NCBI GenBank assembly: GCA_965644295.1
Contig: CBFFRP010000366.1
Location: forward strand, 47,156 to 111,155
From: Paraphysomonas bandaiensis
Lineage: Eukaryota; Protista; Chrysophyceae
Length of the DNA: 64,000 nt
Direction of reading: 5' to 3'
Of this stretch, positions 51,223-60,500 are shown one piece after another. Every line of letters begins with the position of its first letter. Position 1 is the stretch's first letter. The notes below the pieces were generated by a model. It had not been told where the DNA came from. It saw only the letters and a list, made by a program, of their open reading frames with translations, and ran no database searches. The translations under genes were made by a program, and so were the position numbers.

Positions 51223-52676
51223 GTAGTGAATGTCTGATTATTTAGCAATAGGCGTTGAGACCTTGCATCAATTAGTGGCTAGAAGAATGCTAGTCATACT
51301 AGTTAGACCACTACCCGTAACTAATCAATACAAACTCTTTTATCCTACTATTTAACGCTACGAAAGCTGCTTGTGCGTCGCCGCAAGCACCAAGGTGCAA
51401 CCACTTCCGTTCTTTTTGTGTGATATGAAATTCGCCTTTATCGTGTGTCCGTGGACTCACCGGCGCTTTTGATCTGGGGGTCTCCCTTTGGGATGGGTCT
51501 CCATTGGTTTTGGAGGGGGCTCAGCATTCTGAATTAGGGTCCTGAGTGCACCTAGGTCCGATTTGCTGGGTCCGTCACCGCTGTTATCGGAGGAGAATTC
51601 CTTCCCCTGAAGGGCGTGGGAGGGATGGTTGATGGACCTGGCACGGTGGACTCCTTGCATTCCCTTGGAATGACATTGCAACACATTTTGGAGACGCATG
51701 ATGACAAGGTCAGGAATTCTCTCGAGTAGCGCGTGTAGTTCCAACTCCACCGGGTATTTGGTGTCCAGGAAGAAGTGATCGTTGGAGCAAAACACATCAT
51801 AAGATGGAAGGAATTGAGTTTGTGGAAGGAAGGAGGAATGGTGGGTGGACCAGTACGCCCAGTAAGGGAGAGGCGATAGTTTGTCTGGGGGTTTTCTAGG
51901 AGGAGGTAGAGTGTACTGTGTGTGTGTATGACACTGCAGTGGTGTTATGAGTGTGTTGGACAGAGAGAGAGAGCTGGTGATGTGTCCAACAGTACCGGTA
52001 TACAGGTACATGGACATGGTGATGTGTCCAACAGTACAGGTATACAGGTACATGGACATGGTGATGTGTCCAACAGCAGTAGAGGTATACACGGAATGGT
52101 ATACATCCTGTAGGACACAGTAGTACAGTAGTCGAGTAAACCGTATGCGGAATACAGTGTCTATCCAATGAGATGGATGGGCTGTGGGGGTGATAGGTGA
52201 ACAGGGTGAGGGGGTAGCCTGCTGGGTGGATGGACCACAGACAAACCATGTTGGGTTGGGCTGAGTGGGCGGCAGAAGGCAGCCCTGTTGCACAGTTGAG
52301 AGGGATCGAGAGTATTCAGTGATTGCATAGGGGGTCCATGGGGGTCGTTTTCGTGAGCCTGCTCGCACGAGCCATGTTCTGAGAGGTTGTAGCCGTAGAA
52401 AGCGATGGGTGAGACGAAGTTGTCTGCTGAGGGGATAGCACGTAGGTGCGGTCAGCGCTGCATTGGTGCAGGCACGTGGTTTAACTGAAGTAGTTGAGTA
52501 GGGTGAAGGTTGCAAGGCCAGGCAGGGGGGCTTGGAGCGTGTACAACATGGTGTGACAGGTAATTTGTCGGAAGCGTGGTGGTCAACAAAATGCAGCAGT
52601 AAGGGAGTGTAAAAGGCCCTGGGCACACTGATGTGACTCAGCCACAGTCTCAATAGAGACATTGGGCTTGGAGCTG
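51223..52676 (-). mobile_element. 5'-truncated LINE fragment (second subfamily); 5' boundary approximate
   Basis: ORF ends PKGRPPDQKRR*; 3' UTR is the tail shared with the SINE-like repeats; contains a 42-bp minisatellite at 51976-52090. Confidence 0.7.
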
Positions 52677-52961
52677 GTTAATAGAGTGAAACTTTATGTT
52701 GGACTGTATTTGCCATCGTAGGGCAGAGAAAATTTTGGGGTTTAATTATATCTATAATGATAATACTTTGTTGGAAGTGAATTGTGTGAAACAAAGCAAG
52801 TACAAGGATTTTTGCGTGTAGATCAGTAAAATGCCCAACTACAACAGCGATAAATACCAATTTCGTAATTATGTATATAGGACCCTCTATAATGTTGGAC
52901 TCGATGCTTTTCGTGGTGTTACAACAGTTTAACCATGATGATCGGGCAGAGTAAATTAAAA

Positions 52962-53456
52962 AGTAGTGAATGTCTGACTGCTAGCAATAGGCGTTTAAGA
53001 GACGGAACTAATGTAGCAAAACAATTAAACTAACTAGTAGCACTTAACCCAGATATCCTACTATTCAACGCTACGATAGCTGTTGATGCGTTACTGCAAG
53101 CAGCAAGGTGTAACCACTTTCGCTCTATTACTCAAAACAAGCGCAGAAACGTAGTGAGCAAGCAGAATCTTGATATACCTGACATCTGCTGACTTCAGGT
53201 TTCTTGAATCCTTAAGGTGAACAACCCAATACCCCGGTAGCCCTTGAGGTGAGCCCATTCCCGGATGTCAGTTACCGGATTCGACAAGGCCCAAAGACAT
53301 TTACACAAGTGACACTTACTCTAGTGTCCCTTGTACCATCAAGCATTTGACTTTGAATGGACAGAAAACTCTCTTTAGATCGTTAGTTTCCCGTAGAAAT
53401 ATCGCCGGTACTTATCCCCCAAAACACGACGAAAAGGTGTGAGTCTGAATTTGTTG
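52962..53456 (-). repeat. SINE-like repeat (copy E)
   Basis: Conserved blocks as in copy A. Confidence 0.8.
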
Positions 53457-53467
53457 AAATATCAACT

Positions 53468-53674
53468 ATCTGCTTGCTCACTACGTTTCTGCGTTGCTTT
53501 GAGTAATAGAGCGAAAGTGGTTACACCTTACCGCTTGCGGTGACGCACGAACAGCTTTCGTAGCACTCTATAGTAGGATATCAGAGTTAAGTGCTACTAG
53601 TTAGTTAAATTGTTTTGCTACATTAGTTCCGTCTCTTAAACGCCTATTGCTTATAGTAAGACACTCACTACTAT
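53468..53674 (+). repeat. SINE-like repeat 3' half (copy F), inverted relative to copy E
   Basis: Reverse complement of about 52962-53170. Confidence 0.8.
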
Positions 53675-54071
53675 CACAGTATTCAGTAGTGTATTGTGTG
53701 TCAACTGTTATATACCTTAAGGAGACGCAAGGAATTAAGCCGTTGTTTCCTCTTTACATACACTAGGACGGAAATACGCTATAAAATATATTTGAATACA
53801 TTCTAAACAGTGCCGATTTGGAACCATGATAATGACCGTTGTAGAGCTATGTGCCTCTTGAATTAAAAATTGGGGTATAGAGTATCACTGAAAGAATAAC
53901 TTTACATAAAACAGGTGGTACCCAGAAATACAAAAAATGACTTCTTTAGTTTATGACAAGATTCTCTAAGAAATAAACTTCAATAATCCTACCCTGTATC
54001 ATACAAAGAATCCCAACAATTGCTAACAACGTCCGTCAATCTGCAGAGTTTCTTGTGCTGTTCTGATGCTG

Positions 54072-55595
54072 TTACACTATGCGAATATTTTTAAATTGCC
54101 ATGGGTCCGATTGATCCATGTCTTCTGGAAACAGCACACCCTTACCATTAAGAGGAGTCCAATCCGTAAACACCCCAACTACTGGAGATATATATGGTGA
54201 CATCGTATCCAGGATCTCATCATATGGAAGGTACTCTGGCTCAAGAACCCCTCTGTTCGGATTACGAATGGCCCATAGAACCCCAGCCAGAACAGCGGAG
54301 GTCACCTGCAACGACGTTGCTGAGTTGTATTTAGCAAGTTTCCGAGCGGCATTGCACTCAAGTTGGCTCCCGTACCAGTAGGCGTACGGTTCAACCACAA
54401 CTCCAACACCGTCATCAGAGGAACTCTTCGAACCCATAATGAGCACTCCCAGCTCATCAACTCCCCCTTGTATTTCTTCGACAACTACTACCTTTTCCGT
54501 AAAAAAATCTTTATTCCAATTTTGCGCAGCTAGTTCCTCCAAAGCAAGGACCGCACTGTCGCACGGTCGGTAGGCATACATCACAGTTGGGCGCCATCGC
54601 ACATCTGTTTCCTCACTGCCAGACCTCACGGTGAAGTAGTCTGCAATGGATATAGCCTCGTTATGAGTAATAAGATATCCCGCATGTGCACCCCCTTGAG
54701 GTGTCCATGACCGAACCCGAGTACCAGCACCAGGTCGTGTCAAAAATATTGCGGCACCACACCCAGTCGCATGCTCTCTACCGTCAACCGGAAGACTTTT
54801 CTCATGTGTACCCCACCCGAGTTCAGCTGGCTGGCAGCCCTCGGACAGAAAACCATCTACACTCCAGGTATTTACAAACCGATTCACACCGTCCAATCCG
54901 CAGCGCGCTGTTGTCTCAGTCCATTGAGAGTCCCGTTCTGATATATGAATGGCTTGTACGCCCAGAGACATTGCAAGGCGGCCCCACTCCTCTCGAGATG
55001 TGGGTATCGGCGTGGAACCTTCACCAAAATGCTCAGCAGCAATGTTAAGCAAGGCCTGTTTCACAAAATGTGACACCATTCCAGGGTTCGCCCCATGGGT
55101 AATAATAGCTGTTGATGAGTCCTTCGGACGGGTTCTCAGATAAGCGAGTGCCTCCTCCCGCAGGGCGTAATTGGTTCGTTGAGCCATACTTAGCTCAGGA
55201 TTGTCATAAGTCCCTGGCCAAGGCTCAACAACTGTGTCTATATATAGCACCCCCCTTTTCTGACACCATTTGATGACATCAACAGAAGACACATCAACAG
55301 ACAAGTTGACGATAAAATCACCCTTCACAAGCTGATACCTCTCCAAAATACATTCATAATTATCAGGCGTCAGCTTCTGAACTAAGAACGGAACTCCATA
55401 CAGCTTATGCACCTCTTCAGCGACATGAGTTCTGTCTTCGCCCGTGATTATCGATATGGCCTTATCTTGAGTGAAATTAATATGACGCAATAGAAGAGGA
55501 AGCACTCCGAGGCCGATACTTCCCACTCCAATGAGCAAAAGCTTCCCATCATAAGTGATTGGGACTATTTGTTGTTCATTATCTTCGTGTGTCAT
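54072..55595 (-). CDS. hss: Homospermidine synthase, bacterial/viral type, intronless
   Basis: GVGSIG Rossmann motif, NLSVDVSS, YIDTVVEPW, GANPGMVSHFVKQAL, NTWSVDGFLSEG.QPAELGWGTHE, ITHNEAISIADY, NSATSLQV, DPWQFKN. Confidence 0.93.
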   Translation of the reverse strand: MTHEDNEQQIVPITYDGKLLLIGVGSIGLGVLPLLLRHINFTQDKAISIITGEDRTHVAEEVHKLYGVPFLVQKLTPDNYECILERYQLVKGDFIVNLSVDVSSVDVIKWCQKRGVLYIDTVVEPWPGTYDNPELSMAQRTNYALREEALAYLRTRPKDSSTAIITHGANPGMVSHFVKQALLNIAAEHFGEGSTPIPTSREEWGRLAMSLGVQAIHISERDSQWTETTARCGLDGVNRFVNTWSVDGFLSEGCQPAELGWGTHEKSLPVDGREHATGCGAAIFLTRPGAGTRVRSWTPQGGAHAGYLITHNEAISIADYFTVRSGSEETDVRWRPTVMYAYRPCDSAVLALEELAAQNWNKDFFTEKVVVVEEIQGGVDELGVLIMGSKSSSDDGVGVVVEPYAYWYGSQLECNAARKLAKYNSATSLQVTSAVLAGVLWAIRNPNRGVLEPEYLPYDEILDTMSPYISPVVGVFTDWTPLNGKGVLFPEDMDQSDPWQFKNIRIV

Positions 55596-55963
55596 GATGT
55601 ATAGTCACACTTCACGTGCATCGGATAATAATGACACACTGCAGTTATTAAATATCAGAGTGGCCACTAACGACTGGATGGATGCTTCCAGATTCAAGTA
55701 CATCGCTACATATGTTACATGGAGGCTATCTAGATGTCGCACCATGTGTTCCTGCTGTCTAGTAGACTATATGCTGGATGTACAGACCATCTCTGCAATA
55801 ACATCAACACATGGTAATTGTTAACCAATCATAAGAGCTAATTTTATTTTGACATGATTTTATTTGATAGATTTCCATCAATGACAAAAATCGGATGAAT
55901 TTATTCTAAATAAAATAATATTCTACATTTTCAACTATTACGACAATATAAAAAACACAAAAA

Positions 55964-56082
55964 ACGGACAGTACCCGGACTTCGCACGTGGTCACCCACC
56001 GTACTACTAACCGGGCCAGATGCAACTTAACTTCCGCGAGCGGAACGAGAGCGGGTGCGGTTTGCATTGTATGACCGTCCAT
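55964..56082 (-). rRNA. 5S rRNA (copy 1)
   Basis: AUGGACGGUCAUAC...GAAGUUAAG...GGUUAGUAGUACGGUGGGUGACCAC...ACUGUCCGU, 119 nt, followed by an oligo-T Pol III terminator. Confidence 0.95.
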
Positions 56083-56269
56083 GCTGAGTCTAAATGATTT
56101 AGTGTATAGTAATACACTGCTTTGCGTGCAAGGTACATGACAAATGCAATAATATTGGCACATACTGTATATATTCACCAAGAATAACTAAATATAGGCA
56201 TATTTCTGTCAAAAACCATAAAATGTGCAGTAATACTTTCAACTTTTCTACATGCAAAAAACACAAAAA

Positions 56270-56388
56270 ACGGACAGTACCCGGACTTCGCACGTGGTCA
56301 CCCACCGTACTACTAACCGGGCCAGATGCAACTTAACTTCCGCGAGCGGAACGAGAGCGGGTGCGGTTTGCATTGTATGACCGTCCAT
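56270..56388 (-). rRNA. 5S rRNA (copy 2)
   Basis: Identical 306-bp repeat unit. Confidence 0.95.
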
Positions 56389-56575
56389 GCTGAGTCTAAA
56401 TGATTTAGTGTATAGTAATACACTGCTTTGCGTGCAAGGTACATGACAAATGCAATAATATTGGCACATACTGTATATATTCACCAAGAATAACTAAATA
56501 TAGGCATATTTCTGTCAAAAACCATAAAATGTGCAGTAATACTTTCAACTTTTCTACATGCAAAAAACACAAAAA

Positions 56576-56694
56576 ACGGACAGTACCCGGACTTCGCACG
56601 TGGTCACCCACCGTACTACTAACCGGGCCAGATGCAACTTAACTTCCGCGAGCGGAACGAGAGCGGGTGCGGTTTGCATTGTATGACCGTCCAT
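56576..56694 (-). rRNA. 5S rRNA (copy 3)
   Basis: Identical 306-bp repeat unit. Confidence 0.95.
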
Positions 56695-56881
56695 GCTGAG
56701 TCTAAATGATTTAGTGTATAGTAATACACTGCTTTGCGTGCAAGGTACATGACAAATGCAATAATATTGGCACATACTGTATATATTCACCAAGAATAAC
56801 TAAATATAGGCATATTTCTGTCAAAAACCATAAAATGTGCAGTAATACTTTCAACTTTTCTACATGCAAAAAACACAAAAA

Positions 56882-57000
56882 ACGGACAGTACCCGGACTT
56901 CGCACGTGGTCACCCACCGTACTACTAACCGGGCCAGATGCAACTTAACTTCCGCGAGCGGAACGAGAGCGGGTGCGGTTTGCATTGTATGACCGTCCAT
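56882..57000 (-). rRNA. 5S rRNA (copy 4)
   Basis: Identical 306-bp repeat unit. Confidence 0.95.
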
Positions 57001-57187
57001 GCTGAGTCTAAATGATTTAGTGTATAGTAATACACTGCTTTGCGTGCAAGGTACATGACAAATGCAATAATATTGGCACATACTGTATATATTCACCAAG
57101 AATAACTAAATATAGGCATATTTCTGTCAAAAACCATAAAATGTGCAGTAATACTTTCAACTTTTCTACATGCAAAAAACACAAAAA

Positions 57188-57306
57188 ACGGACAGTACCC
57201 GGACTTCGCACGTGGTCACCCACCGTACTACTAACCGGGCCAGATGCAACTTAACTTCCGCGAGCGGAACGAGAGCGGGTGCGGTTTGCATTGTATGACC
57301 GTCCAT
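57188..57306 (-). rRNA. 5S rRNA (copy 5)
   Basis: Identical 306-bp repeat unit. Confidence 0.95.
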
Positions 57307-57493
57307 GCTGAGTCTAAATGATTTAGTGTATAGTAATACACTGCTTTGCGTGCAAGGTACATGACAAATGCAATAATATTGGCACATACTGTATATATTC
57401 ACCAAGAATAACTAAATATAGGCATATTTCTGTCAAAAACCATAAAATGTGCAGTAATACTTTCAACTTTTCTACATGCAAAAAACACAAAAA

Positions 57494-57582
57494 ACGGACA
57501 GTACCCGGACTTCGCACGTGGTCACCCACCGTACTACTAACCGGGCCAGATGCAACTTAACTTCCGCGAGCGGAACGAGAGC
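57494..57582 (-). pseudogene. 5S rRNA copy 6, interrupted (nt 31-119 only) by the Gypsy LTR
   Basis: Repeat stops at ...GAACGAGAGC|TGTGACC. Confidence 0.92.
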
Positions 57583-60500
57583 TGTGACCACGTGGCATTT
57601 CCCATGCCCTATCTACGTGGCTATAGTATCACGCTATTGAGTCACATGCATGGTTACATTGACTTTTAGGACCCTATGTTGGTTTAAGACCCTATATCAG
57701 GACCCTATATATTGCTTTAGGACCTTCATTGTGTTCAGGATACATATTATGCAACACCATTTGGACATTGGTAATGTACCACAGTGTACCTACATATTGA
57801 GCCAACGTTCGGGTATGATGTCCAATTTTTATCTGCTGCTGATGATGTACGACTATGATCTGCTGCTGGTGACTTCGGTCGATGTGAAACCTGCTGCAAA
57901 TTTATATCAAAGTTATGTGGGCCCGTATTCCTGTGCAGCAGTTGCAGTATATACTTCCATATACATACATACATGTATTACCCGTACTACCCTATAGGGG
58001 GGCAAATACATGTGACCATCACAGGAGAGAAGTCGCTATTATACACTTGAGGTGCACGAGTGTTCATGCAAGGCTTATTGGGGTTGGATTGCAATGTGGT
58101 ATGCGTACTATACGTACTATATGTACCGTATTTATGTATTTCCTGGATTATGGGGTTTTCAGTCTCTGGTAGGGTATAGATACGTAGTATACGGTGTACT
58201 CTCGGCATATGGTGGTGAGCCATTCCCTATCAGGTTGCTGTGTATTTTTCAGTTTTGATTGAAGAGTTACACAACCTGTGGTGGTGTGATGACACCACGT
58301 GTGTTGCACCATGTTAGGAGTGTGTGTGTGTGCATATATGCTCCTGTGGTGTTTATCACTTGTTTTAAGTTAGACCAAAGCTTGGTGCTAGTGATCTTGG
58401 GTGCCAGCGGTATACCATTGCGCGGTGACTCTTCGCGGGAGTCACTAACTGAGTTTAGGTCTAAACTTGGAAAAAAGTGTTTTAATAATAATACCGTTAT
58501 TACTGTGCTTGTTGGTTCAGTGTAGGTGTTGTTGTAGTTTTATTGTTTACGAGCCAACACCCTGGTTATCAAACCGGGTGTTGTTATAGTAAATATTTAC
58601 TTTACTGCTCGTACAGAAATTTCTGTCTTTGCGCTGTTGTTTCACACTCTTATAAGAAACTAACTGCGACACGCTTCTTTGGGCTTGATTCTTTGGGCTT
58701 GTTGTCTGTTGCCTTCGGTTGCCTGTGGTTGTTGGTTGTCTGTTGCTCTCTGGGTGTGAGTTGTCAGTAGTTGTTCTCTAGGCTCTTTGTTCAGGGGTGA
58801 TTGTTTGATACACAGTGTGGTGACTGAGGAAATTCGGTTCTTTTCGAAGTCAATCGACCGTGGATACCGCCTGTGTGTTAACTGTTGTCACTTGTACAAA
58901 TCCGACGGGTTCAACGGGTTTGAGTGTTGAGTGTTGAGTGTTGAGTTTTTGGATTCTTACGCAGGGTTGTCTTTGGGATTTGTCTTGTGGTGTCTTGGTG
59001 TGTTGTTGAGTTCTGGGTCAGTGGTTCTAGGAGTTGCCAGGGTTGCTTGTCTCAGTGTGTTAGGGAAAAGTTTGGTGGATATAGTCTTTGAGGCGGAAGT
59101 CCTTCTCATTAACCATGTCTACTCCGACTGGTAAAACGAGGAGAGGCGGCAAGAAAACTCCTGGGAAAGATCAGGAAGCCGCTGGTAGTGGTGAAACCAA
59201 ACAAGACGCTGCTGGAGGTGTGCAGGATGTTGTTCAGGAGTCTTCTGCTCCAAACATCAATCCAAACCAGGAGATTTTGGATACAGTTCGTGCCATGTCT
59301 CAGTCTTTTACAGAGGTGGCTACTGCAGTGTCTAACCTCAGCAGCAGGATGCAAATATTGGAGAATAGAGTACAAAATGTTGAGGATGGTGAGAGCAGTC
59401 AGTCTCAGGCTTCTGTGGGCTCACATCAGCGGCAAAAGGTTACCAAGCGCACGTCGAAACACAAACGTCAGCCGAGGTATTCCACTCTGGAAAACATGGC
59501 TAAGTTTCGCATTATTCCTCAGGAGGAAGATAGCAACAAGGAGGACGATGGTTCGAATCCCGATGTTGATGGTGATGGTGTTAATGATGTGCCTACCCTC
59601 ATGGATAACATCTTTAAGGGCAAGAAAGCGGGCAAGTTATTCAGGGATTTGAAGAAAAGTTCTGAGGTGGCTAGTGCCAAAACAGTTACCATAACTAGAG
59701 AGGAAAGGAGGTGTCATGTTCGCATCAATGACTTTAAGTTGGGTAAAGTGGCGAAGGCGATCAAAGACATCTTAGAGTTTCAAGAGCAAGAAGAAACTGA
59801 GGTGCGAATTCAAAAGGTACTTTCAACCAGTTTGAAGGCACATCTGCGGAATGTGTACAGCATCACACATGCGCAGCTAGCACAAATGGATGTTTCGGAT
59901 TTGCTTCTCATTGTGGCTCAGGAGACCAAGGTGTTCAATTGCGTGGCATTTTATAATGAACTCAGAGATTCCTTGAAACATATCCAGATCATGGACTGGA
60001 AGTATGTAAATGCTGTGACTTTTGAGGCATTCTATCATCAGCAATTGAACTTGATGCAGTCGTTCCAAACGATGTTGTCTATCATGTTGGTCTCAAACAA
60101 AACATGGTGTCCTCGTATCGATGACAAAGAGTACGGATTGATAAGACTCTTTAAGACTTTGAATGACGGGACCTATGTTAAGTATGTGTTGGGGTGCATG
60201 TCGACTAATAAATTTGACTCTATGAGCGAATTTTTCAAAGAGTATTCGGCTGTACTCTTGGATCATTATCAAGTAACCATCGCGTACCGACAGTTACCTA
60301 TGGAGTCGACTACGATGTTTCAACAGAAGCACGAGGACTATCTTAAGAGGAGAAAGGAACTATTCTCTCAACAGTCCAACAAACCTTCGTTGAACAGTCG
60401 TGTTGATTCTAAACCAAGGGTTTCGCAAGTGTCACATCTAGATACTTACGATGAGTCTGGAGGAAACTATAACGATGAGTGGGATGATAATGATGGGTAT

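Noticed and set aside
51457-52662. 401-aa ORF as a host gene
   Set aside because: Composite of a LINE C-terminus and an inserted minisatellite-containing stretch
55950-57582. 306-bp tandem array as a CRISPR-like array, or the repeated 68/79-aa ORFs as genes
   Set aside because: Units are identical with no variable spacers, and the minus strand is 5S rRNA with oligo-T terminators
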